Shown piece after piece: positions 37,808 through 49,153 of a DNA stretch of 64,000 bases. How positions within the stretch are numbered: the first letter of the stretch is position 1; each line of letters opens with the position of its first letter. The translations under genes and the position numbers were made by a program. This DNA is from Octopus vulgaris. Lineage: Eukaryota. The notes under the pieces are model-generated. The model ran no database searches. It worked only from the letters and a program-made list of their open reading frames with translations, and was not told the origin of the DNA. The DNA lies in the NCBI GenBank assembly GCA_951406725.2, contig OX597824.1, forward strand, positions 44,330,001 to 44,394,000. Reading direction: 5' to 3'.

Positions 37808-38362
37808 GGAGGGAACCTGTGAAAGAGGCAGAGCCAGGAAGACATGGAATGAGGTGGTGAAGCATGACCTTCGAATGTTGGGTCTCACAGAGACAATGAC
37901 AAATGACCGAGACCCTTGGAGATATGCTGTGCTTGAGAAGACCCAGCATGCCAAGTGAGATCACAGTTGTAGCCAATGCCAATGTCACATAACTGGCCTG
38001 TTTAAAAGCACCCATCAGTCATTGGGCAATATGCTGTGCTTGTGAAGACCTGTTGAACTGAGTGAAATCGTAGTCATGGCCGATGTCAGTGCCGTCTGAC
38101 TGGCACCTGTGCTAGTGGCACGTAAAATGCACCATTTGAGCCTAGCCGATGCCAGTGCTGCCTAACTAGCTCCCATGCTGGTGGCATATAAAAGCACTCA
38201 CTACACTCTTGGAGTGGTTGGCATTAGGAAGGGCATCAAGCTGTAGAAACCTTGCCATATCAGATTGGATGCTGATGCAGCTTTCTGGCTTGCCAGTTCT
38301 TAGTCAAACCATCCAACCCATGCCAGCATGGAAAGTGAATGTTAAACAATGACAATGATGAT
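37808..38362 (+). mobile_element. RTE 3' fragment inserted in a family-B SINE (37572-37800, minus)
   Basis: EGTCERGRARKTWNEVVKHDL, then 3'UTR and a decayed (GAT)n tail. Confidence 0.8.
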
Positions 38363-39529
38363 GAACTGTATCATTGTATTGGCCAGACTACAGAAGGTTG
38401 TTACATACCACTGGTCACAATGCACTTCCTCACATAGTTTTAGCACTTGAATGAGAAAACTGTGCTGCTGGCTAGGTGGGCAGGCCAATGTTCCCCCTGA
38501 ACAGAATGTTGGTCCATCACAGGCTTACTCATTTATAGCTAAGTGGCCTGAAGCAATGTAAAATGAAGTGTTTTGCTCAAGTACAAAAGATACCGCTGGC
38601 CTAGAAATTGAAACCACAATATTGTGATTGTAAGTGTAACATCCTAACCACTAGACTATGTGCCTTCACATTAGTATGTACATATACGTGTCTTCAGGTG
38701 GAGAGATAGGGCATCCAGCAATAGAAACCAAGCCAAAATTAGACTGGCACCTGATACAGCTCTGTAGTCAAACCATCTAACCCATGCCAGCATGGAAAGT
38801 GGACGCTAAATGATAATGATGAAGATGATGACATCTCCCAACATTATGATGTAATTCTGAGACTCCAGAAACAGCTGTTGGACCTGTAATATCATACCTT
38901 CTCCCCTTAGTTTCTTGTGTCTTTGTACTTTGTGTAAATCTGATCTGTTACTATATAATTAACTATATATTTATGCATGAATGTTCAACGTCTAAATATT
39001 TTTCAGTTTTTGTTTTCTCTCTATTTTCAGGTGAAGGAAATAGGAGTTGGTCAGAGAGGAGGAAGTGGTAGTACAAAAAGAAGTGGGTGGGTAGGAAAGG
39101 ATGTACAGTGACAGAGATGGAGCTCAGAGGTACAAAGGGGTGGATATAATGAGCAACAAACAACAATGGTGGTGTGGCATTGATGTTAGATATGAGAGTA
39201 TGTTGAGAATGATAGGATATGAGAGGGTGTTAAGGATGAGGTATGGCCATCGTAAGATGTAGTTCAGGGAAAAGGGGTCTTCAGTAGAAAATAAAATGGG
39301 ATGATAGGAGAAATGTGGAATGGGGGACAAAAAAAAAAATGGATCCAAGGAGAGGGATAACTGGTAGCACATAAAGGAATGGTATACATGCAGTATTGCT
39401 CTCACACAATTATTACTGAGTGAATAGTATCATAATGATGAAGGGATGGGTGTTAGGGAGATGAAATTTAGAGGAGTCTTGACAGAGATGGACTGTGTGC
39501 AGGAGACATAAATGATTGCTTTTAGGATT

Positions 39530-40010
39530 TCATTTTTGTTGAGATGGACGTGTTTTCTCAAGTACAGCAAATCAGTAATCCTCTTGTCTCTTTGTTATGT
39601 ATTCCATGAGGCTCAACATCATATGGTCAGTTTTCACTATTTTGTCCATCTTTCTGGATCTTTCTCTTCCACAGGTTCCATCTATGTTTAGTGATTACCA
39701 CTTCTTTATGCAGCTGTACTCATCCTGGTCCATCACATGACCATATTAATGTAATCTCTCTAACACACTACATTTGATTATGTTCACTTCCTCTCTTATG
39801 TCCACTTTCATCTCAGCATATCTGCACTTTAACATTGTGCATAATTTCTTTGTAGTCTTTGCATGTCCTCTGCTCTCATAGTCCATGTCTCACTACCATG
39901 TAGCATTACTGTTGGTACACAAGCATCATACACTCAGCCTTTCATTTTGAGAGATCTTTTGTTGCCAATAGAGGTAATAGCTCTCTGAACTTTCTCAAGC
40001 TGGTTCATAC
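39530..40010 (-). mobile_element. old RTE fragment
   Basis: Minus strand encodes KFRELLPLLATK and a YDACV...LHGSETW-like stretch. Confidence 0.6.
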
Positions 40011-41339
40011 CCTATTGTTAGCAACCCTGTACATAGCTTCAATGACTCTCATCAACCATTTGTCTACATTGTCACTGACTGTGTAACTGTTTTCAAATCA
40101 TTTTAAGTGTTGTCATGGGTGATGCAAACTTAGACAAATGCAAGAATGATTAAAACAGGTGTTTCATACTTTCAACCTTACCATATAACTACTCAAGTAT
40201 GAAATAGTGTATATATGTGTGTGTAACATCTATTTTACAATTTGACAAACAGAATATAATAAATGTGTAGAATTTTTGATACTTCTACTTTTTAATTATA
40301 CTTACAATAGTTAGTTAATTGGTGCAGTTATTTATCTAGAACAAAACTTAGATAACAAACATAGATAAATAAATGAGAAAATTACCGCCATCTGCTCCAC
40401 TTTAGGATACAATGTTGTTTAATTGAGATAGTTACTGGTTTGTGTTTTATGACATGTGAAATGGAGGTCATTACTGAATAAACTAAGGGCTTACCATATT
40501 TGCATTTGATATTATCTTTCCATACTAGTATTGATAACTGAATAAATGCTACCCACCTCCTATCTGTCTGTTGCTATTATGCTCAACAGTTAAAAGAAAT
40601 ATGAACAAAGCTGTCACAAAGCAAAGCAAAGTTGCAACAGCTCGTTACTTAGTCAATTGCGAATTTCTTTTAAACTCATTGACATAATGTTAAAACAAGT
40701 TGCAGTAGACTGCAGTTTATATATTCCTTTCAAATCACTGACACAGAAAATGGAAAATCTGTAAAAAAACAAAAAATGTAAGTTTGTAAATGCAATTTAT
40801 AAATGGTCATATGTACTTTATTGAAATCGATAGGCAACTGCTTTAGATGTGACAAACTTGATTTCTGATTGACACATCCAGACATACACAGAAATGCACT
40901 TAGAATTACTTGATGGATATTTTTTGAGTTTTTAAAAAAAACTTTTTCTTTAATACATAAAAATTTTATAATTGAAGCTATGAATAATTCAGCCAAAGTT
41001 GAATTATAAAGAGTGTGTGCATGTATAAATTTATATATATATATATATATATATTTATTACAACAAAAATTTTATACCTTGAACATAGAGTTACCCAAGG
41101 TTTTGGATCCACAAAACAAAACCTTGTGATAGCTCATCAGACTATATAAATACAAAATTTAAGATATCTACATTGCAGACGTGAAGAAACGGTCAGAACT
41201 TGAGGAATATGTCTTAATAAAAAAACATTACAGGTTATCTCCCCTGAATCAGGGGGGGGGGGCTTATAGAATGGAAGAGGCTTAACTAGCAAATGGGGAG
41301 ATCCAATATTCCAGTAAGTAACACATGAAGTGGATATAT

Positions 41340-42100
41340 TTAGAAAACACTTCTTTACAGCTGTTTAATGCACCAGGTTCCTTATAGTCCTTAAGAATTT
41401 TGGCTCTCTCTGCAATGGCCACTTCCATTAATATACAGGCACAGATGATCAATTAATTTCCACCTGATGTCACATGGGATTTTTGAGGTACCATACACGG
41501 CAGGCCAAGGACGTGACAAACCACCCTTCTGGGACTCTGAAAGATGACTGGTGGTTAAGAAAACATCACTTGAACGAAGTACTCACAGAACCAATATATT
41601 TACACACATGGGATGTAGTCCAATTTGCATCCCTGGCAACATATGGTGTGGGGCTGGTCATCCCATCAGTGTCGAAGATAAATATTTGGTCATCTTCTGA
41701 GGTGGATACCTCCTCCAAGTCGCTGGTTCTGGATAGGTTAGTATTTCTAGGGGCAGCATTTGTACAGGTGGTAACATACATTGCGGGCTTGGTCACTCTA
41801 TCTGTATCTATGGTTTGTTCATTATCCATGGCAGTGGTACTGGGTTCTTTAGTGATGTTCTCTGTGATGCTGGTCACAGACTGGCAATTATATTGGCATG
41901 AGAACTGGTTAATCTGCTAATAATATTGCTTGTTTCATAGTACATTACTGTTCTTCAGGATATAACGTCTAGGTATCAACATAACCTCACAGATGGCCCC
42001 CTTCAGCCTTGAATCGGCCTCCTACCGGACAGTTATATAACCTGCAAGAGCAACCCAGCCTCCTCCCTTGCAGGGTATATAATAACTGCCTGGTAGGAGG
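41340..42100 (-). mobile_element. Penelope-like element relic (GIY-YIG endonuclease region)
   Basis: Minus strand GCSCRLYNCPVGGRFKAEGAIC resembles the CxCR..CP..G.C...IY pre-GIY motif. Later comes KYIGSVSTSFK*CFLNHQSSFR...TSLACRVWYLK. A decayed AAAcagctgTAaaga follows downstream. Confidence 0.65.
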
Positions 42101-42194
42101 CCATCGTCTCTAACTAGCTATGTGACACACAAACCAGTGTCTATTATAACCTTCAAACAGACGGTCATCAGCGATGCCTGCTGGGTTCAACTAC

Positions 42195-42237
42195 TCCACA
42201 TTGATAAGGGGCAAATACCCTGAAACTAGTCTGTGGA
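42195..42237 (+). ncRNA. decayed hammerhead motif at the apex of the 42097-42333 hairpin
   Basis: tccaca TTGATAA ggggcaaataccct GAAA ctag TC tgtgga. Confidence 0.65.
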
Positions 42238-42450
42238 TGTTGAACCAGCAAGGGGAAGCTGCTGACTTCCCCTGTTCAAAGGTTATAATGGACACAGGTT
42301 TGTGTGTCATAGCTAGTTAGAGGCAATAGCCTCTTGGAGCTAATCAACGGCAGCATTCATCCATTTTTCCTGGACTGCCATGTTAGTTTGGCAATAACTA
42401 TTAATATCCAGTACCACTGCCATAGTCTCCTTTAGAGAGATTTAGAAATG

Positions 42451-42487
<37 letters not shown>

Positions 42488-42679
42488 TATTTTATATCTT
42501 ATATTTTGTATTTGACATAATATACTTGACTTTATAAGTTTGATATATGCATACTAATTCATCCTTATAATGTATAATTTATAATTCTTAACTTTATAAA
42601 GTATAATTTTAAATTTTTGATATTTAATTTAGCACTTAATTTTGAGGTGATGTAAAATTAGATTAACGATATTTTGAAA

Positions 42680-42810
42680 AAGAACCTGAAGATGTGTTGG
42701 TAGAATTGTAAATATGATGATTGCATATATATATTTATATATGTATATATATATGTATGTATCTTTATATATATTATAACCTTCCAATACAGAAACACAT
42801 ATAGTTCCTT
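42680..42810 (+). ncRNA. hammerhead motif with a (TA)-rich loop II
   Basis: gaac CTGAAGA tgtgttgg...[AT microsatellite]...ccaataca GAAA cacata TA gttc. Confidence 0.6.
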
Positions 42811-43436
42811 CATAATTAATAATTTTAATTTTAACTTAGGTAGGAGATAATTAAAAAAGTATATTTTATACCCTGCTGGTATACTGGTTATATCCTTTAA
42901 AGTATTATTTCGTGATGTGCAAATACCATGAGTTTACCTTCAGATATACTCATTAGGTTATTTTTTGGTAATATCTATTAATCCCCAAAACTGAATTATT
43001 TTTTTGATTTCTATTATATATATTTTGTATATTTCTAGATAAATATATAAATATATGATAAACAAGACCCCACTGTACGAAATGCAGATGCGTGTAATGC
43101 TATTGGGTTGTACCTGATTGATTTGAAAATTCGTTTTCCCAAATTATTTAAATTAATATACATATATATATGTATATATTATATATATATACATACATGT
43201 ATATTATATATATATGAAATATATTTATAATATATACATATATAAAATATATATACATATATAATATATATACATATATAATATATATATTGATAAAAAT
43301 GGTAAAACAACAAAAGAATGAAAGAGAACTCGATATTATGTAAATAGAGGAATGTTCTAATGCCTGCTTTAGCATGGTTTTTATGGCTGGATATCCTTCT
43401 AAATGCCAACCACTTTACAGCAGAGAGAGAGGGGGC

Positions 43437-43496
<60 letters not shown>

Positions 43497-43931
43497 TACA
43501 ATTTAATACCCAGTGGTCAACCTCAAAGTTGACAATTTTTACCCCATAAGTTTTTTTCTATAGCACTAATTTCCAGGAAGTTTTCAGTATTAGATTCTCC
43601 TCATTTAGATGGTTTAAGAAATCTTAACTACACTTAATTATCCTTTAAAATAACAGAGATATGATTATTTGAAGACAATATTCTCTTTCTGATTTGACCA
43701 CTTTTAGCCTCATAAGTTTTTTTCTGCTGCATCAGTTATAACAAGATTTACAGAATCAGATTCTTTACATTGAGATCTTTTATTTTGGTGTAACTAAAAC
43801 AAAAGTAATAAATAAATAAGGCAACTATACTACTATGCAATTATTCTTCCATTTTTTTTAACACATATCTTTTACCCAACCAATTTTCTTTTTATATCAG
43901 AAAATGTAGTGTTGTACTTGTGTTTTTAAAT

Positions 43932-44259
43932 AGGGTAAAAATCCCCTTCAGTCATGAATGACCATGGGATTGCACCTAGAAAGTTCCCCTCCAAGGCACA
44001 AGTCCAGGCAAGACCAACAGTCACCCATGCATACCAGCCTCTCCTCACCACACCATGGATGTTATCCAAGGAAAAGGCAAAGGCCTTCACAGCTTGGTAC
44101 CAGTGACCTTGCAATTCTTTTCTACAGATGAATGAACTGGAGCAACAGGAAATAAAGTGTCTTGCACAAGAACACAATATAGAGCCCAGTCCAGGAATTG
44201 AACTCACTACCTCATGATTGTGAGCACGACACTCTAACCACTGAGCCATGTGCCTTCAT
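43932..44259 (-). mobile_element. tRNA-like SINE family C
   Basis: Head ggcacatggctcagtggttagagtg...gagttcaattcc (A and B boxes). Paralogue at 46330-46650. Confidence 0.8.
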
Positions 44260-45891
44260 TGTTTATAAATAAACTTAACCATATTTAATTTAGTCATAAA
44301 TTGGGTTAGCTAGACAGCATAAAAATGGTTGAGAGAAAGTAAATGTTGACCTTAAGGATATTATTCACCCCAACCCATGCCAGCATGGAAAGCAGACGTT
44401 AAATGATGATGATGTTATAGGCAAATGATATATGCACTTGCATGTGCACATGCACACACAAAGTCATATCCCTATGTTCAATAATTAGATATTTTATATC
44501 ACTGTGAAATTAGACAAAGTGGTTTTGATTGTTGCAGTCAAACAACATACCAAGTAGTTGTTATTCGATGTAGCTTCATTCATAAACCAAATCACCTCAG
44601 CTACTAATCCATGACACATTTTAAACTAGTATTCTTTGTCTTTAAAGTGTTTGCATACTGACAATGAAAATTATTTTAAAAAATGAATATTAAAACAGCA
44701 AGGATAACTAATGTTTCTAATTTAGTACAAGGACAGTAGTTTGTCAGAAAGGAGGTTGATTACATCAGCCCTTGTATTTCACTGATATATTATTTTTGTT
44801 TACTATCCAGTCTTTCTCTTTGTAACATTCTAAACAATTATAGCAATCAGTAAATCTCTTTTACCAGGGTTTGGCTGAACAAATCAACCCCAGTACTTAT
44901 ATTCTCTTTTCTAAGCTTTGTATCTGTGATTCTTTTTGCCAAACTGCTAAGTTACAAGGACATAAACAAACCAACATTTGTTGTCAAGTGGTGGTGGGGA
45001 ACAAACACAAACATATGCATATATAGGAGAAAATTATGATATTTATTTTATTAGTTCCTACATATGTTTCACCATTGTGGTTGTTTATTGTCATTTTTCC
45101 AACATTTTCTGTTTATGATAACTAGTAATACTACTAAGTATAGTAGTTGCTCAACCACTATACTGAAAACAACCTCGATGATGATAATCAATGTGGAGCT
45201 CTAAAGTTAATAGTAGCAGTTGTACCACTATTTGTATAAATAAAATACAACAAATACACACACACACACTCACAATAGGTTTCTTTCAGTTTCTGTAATC
45301 AAAACCACTGACAAGACTTTGGTCCACCCCAAGGCTATAATAGAAGACACTTGCCCAAGGTGCCATGCAGCAGACCTGAATCTTGGATCATGTAGCTGGG
45401 AAGCAAACTTCTTACCAGACAGAATTATTTTTCATTTCTTTAATCACAATGTTATTATTGTTCAACCTTCTATGATTATTTAACAATAGTATATGTTATT
45501 TGGTGATATTTACTGAATGAGTTTATGAGCGAATCACACCCTCACCATACTTTGATAAAAACTAAACAATAATTTCTTGTTTCATCATGGCGTAGCTGTT
45601 GACTTGTATTTATATCTCAGTGTTTAAGTAATTTTGACACTTTATAAATATTATTGATGATTCAGTATTCAAGGACATGAAAACCAACAAAAAGGTACAG
45701 AACGACATCCTAATTACATATGCAAATAACTCATTAGTAAACAAAGCAACAAGTAATGTAAGTTAGCTGATAATATTGGAACACTTACACATACATACAT
45801 CCACACATACATACAAATGTTCATAAACATATACAAAACATGTGATATCGATAAAAATAAAACATGACAATACAATATTAAAATACAAAAT

Positions 45892-46105
45892 AAGGTAGTG
45901 AGCTGGCAGAATTGTTAGTATGCTGGGCAAAATGTTTAGCAACATTTTGTCCATCTTTATGTTCTTAGTTCAAATTTTGCTGAGGTCAGCTTTACTTTTC
46001 ATCTTTTGGGGTCGATAAAATAGTACCAGTTGAGCACTGGGGTCAATGTAATCAACTTACCCGCTTCCTCAAAATTATTGGCCTTGTGTCAAAATGTGAA
46101 ACCAA
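45892..46105 (+). mobile_element. SINE family A
   Basis: aaggtagtgagctggcagaattgttag...gttcaaatttt...ggggtcgataaaatagtaccag. Confidence 0.78.
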
Positions 46106-46327
46106 TATTAAAATAAAATTCCAAGAGGGCTGGTCCCATCACCATTTTAACATCCACTTTTCCATGCCTCTACAGATTAGATGGAACTCGTTGAGGTAGA
46201 TTTTCTATAGCAGGATGCTCTTCCTTTTTGCCAAGTAAGGTAATATTCCCCTAAGGCTAAATTTGTGTTTATAGGAGATTGAAGGGATATTGCTTGTATG
46301 ACAGTGATACCTGTATACAACTATTAG

Positions 46328-46650
46328 GTGCATGGCTCAGTGCTTAGAGCATCTGGCTCACAATCATGAGATGGTGAGTTTGATTCCTGGACTGGGCTGT
46401 GTTCTTGTGCAAGATGCTTTATTTCACATTGCTCCAGTTCACTCAGATGTAGAAATGAGTTGCGACGTCACTGGTGCCAAGCTGTATCGACCTTTGCATT
46501 TTCCTTGGATAACATCAGTAGCATAGAGAGGAGAGGCTGGTATGCATGAGCAACTGTTGGTCTTCCATAAACAACTTTGCCCAGACTTGTGCCTTGGAGG
46601 GGAACTTTCTAGGTGCAATTCCATGGTCATTCATGATTGAAGGGGTTCTT
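46328..46650 (+). mobile_element. tRNA-like SINE family C
   Basis: tggctcagtgcttagagc...gagtttgattcc. Matches 43932-44259. Confidence 0.8.
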
Positions 46651-46944
46651 TACTGTTTACTGTATCAAGATAAAGAGACACAAACAACCCTCTATATATG
46701 AGGATATACTGAGCTATGCGCCTTCACATATGTCTTATGAGAGGTCCTATTTTAAGGATACATCTATTTCCTTATGATAAGTATGTCATTGAAATGTTGA
46801 GTCTGTGTGTTGTATTTCCATATTTTTAATAATATTCATAGATGTTATTTTAAAAGAAATTATCTGATTATATATCAAATCTAAACTGAATTTGTGGATT
46901 AATGTTGCTTCAGATATCTCAGTTTCATGTTGAAGAAAGGAGAT

Positions 46945-47184
<240 letters not shown>

Positions 47185-48132
47185 AGTGAAAGATTTAGCT
47201 TTTAGTTTACTGTATATATTTCAATAAGACATGCCTAAGGTAAACTATCTTTCTATTACAAATATATATTTCTCTTATATATCTTACACACACACATACA
47301 TGCCAGTCTTCCTTCCTATTTCTCTTTTCTCTTCATAGTTCTTTCTTTCACTTGTTCTATTTCTTTCCACCTCTCTATATTACTATTTTCTCTCTTTTTC
47401 TCTTTCCTCACTTTTACCTTCATTCTCTATACCTAATGAAATATATTTGATATTGAAAAAATTTTTTTGTTTCATTTTAAGCTATTTTGTTTTAATATGA
47501 TAAATATTCAAAATGTTTTGACATAAAAAAAAAAGTTATACTAGTTTTTGCATAATCAATGTTTTTCTTTTTTTTCTTTTACAACTCATTTGTGGGAGAA
47601 GTAAACCAGTTGTGAAACATAAATTAATTAAAATTAGAATTAAAACCCAAATTGTATAGGGGAGTGAGCTGGAAAAAAAAGTGATTACACATGTCACATA
47701 CAACAAGGATATCTCTCAATCTTTCTAGTGAATATTGCAAAATCTGTACAACAGCTTTCAACTTAAATCCTATTAAAATCATGCATTTCAGTAATGGATG
47801 CCAACAAAACTTTCTGGGAAGAGGGAGGGAGACAAAGTAAGAATGGCAGTGAGTCAAATAAAATACTGTGTACGTAAAATGAATTACAGATAGTGAGAGA
47901 ATAAGATCCAGTCTGGATGTAAAGGGAGAAAAACAGAGAGATTTGAAGATGTAATGTATGTTAAAAGAATTAGAGAACTAAATGCAACAAATAATTTTGA
48001 TTGTGAATTGTATGCACTGTGTAGATGTTACATAAGATGTCATACACGAGACACACATATCACCATACATTTGGTTAAGACCAAATCGAAAGCCACACAC
48101 CACCACTGCTACTGCCACCATCACCACTTATC

Positions 48133-48447
48133 TTTTATCTTTTACTTGTTTCAGTCATTAGATTGCGGCCATATTGATCTCTTTTGCTGAACTGCTAAGT
48201 TACGGGGATCTAAACACACCAGTACCAGTTGTCAAGCAGTGGTGGTGTGGACAAATACAGACACAAAGACACACACATAAATACATTTGTGCAACAGGCT
48301 TCTTTCAGTTTCTGTCAATCAAATCCACTCACAATGCTTTGGTTGGCCGGGTCTATAGTAGAAGACATTTGCTTTTGGTATCACGCAGTGGGACTGAACC
48401 CCAGACCATATTGTTAGGAAGTAAGCTTCTTATCACACAACCATATC
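48133..48447 (-). mobile_element. SINE family B
   Basis: ttttacttgtttcagtcatt...gcagtgggactgaaccc. Confidence 0.75.
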
Positions 48448-48900
48448 CATTTTCCAAGCTGGCATGAATTGGACAAGTTACTATGATCCAAGGTCAGTTC
48501 TTATTTAGAATTACTGTCTTTCTATGTAGGGGGGGGGGAGAGAGAGAGAGAGAGAGAGAGAGTGAGGCTGATGGTAGCTACATGCTTGTAAGTGAAAGAG
48601 TGAGGGAGCAAATGGTGGGTAATCTACATATAATGATGTTGGTAGAGCCTATCTCTACTCATGATAGACTTACAGGAGGAGGTGAACTCAGTACTAGAAG
48701 AAAGTAAAAGTTTTAAATTTTACACTATTAATGCAACTTACAGTTGCTTATTCTCCTTCATAGTGCTTACATGTGATTTGAAGTACTGTTTTTATTCTTG
48801 GTTATGAATATATCATAATGCTAGCAGCAAGCTATGAACCATTCACAAGATAGTACACACAATTGTGAATGTTTTCATTCCATTCATTAATCATTTATAC

Positions 48901-49153
48901 TAGTAGTTCTCAACAGGGGTCCATATGACCCTTGGGAGTCCACATAAGATTTTGCAGTTAAAATTTATCTGCAATAAATTGGTTACACATCTACAATACA
49001 CAAAATATTTTTACAATATTTTTATGCAATTCCTTATAATATTTAATTATAAAAATATAATAGGATTTTTAAATATCAAATGGCTATGATAGTCCATCCA
49101 AGTAAAATTGGAATCAAAGGGGTCCACAGGCTAAAAATAATTGAGAACCTCTG
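48901..49153. mobile_element. hAT (Charlie-like) MITE
   Basis: Ends tagtagttctcaa / ttgagaacctctg. The 8-bp flanks atttatac / atttacag match at 6/8. Confidence 0.7.

Noticed and set aside
41100-41200. CTGATGA followed by a hairpin on the minus strand
   Set aside because: No correctly placed GAAA/UH, so it was not counted as a hammerhead.
44200-44259. tRNA gene
   Set aside because: The A/B boxes belong to a SINE head, and no full cloverleaf forms.
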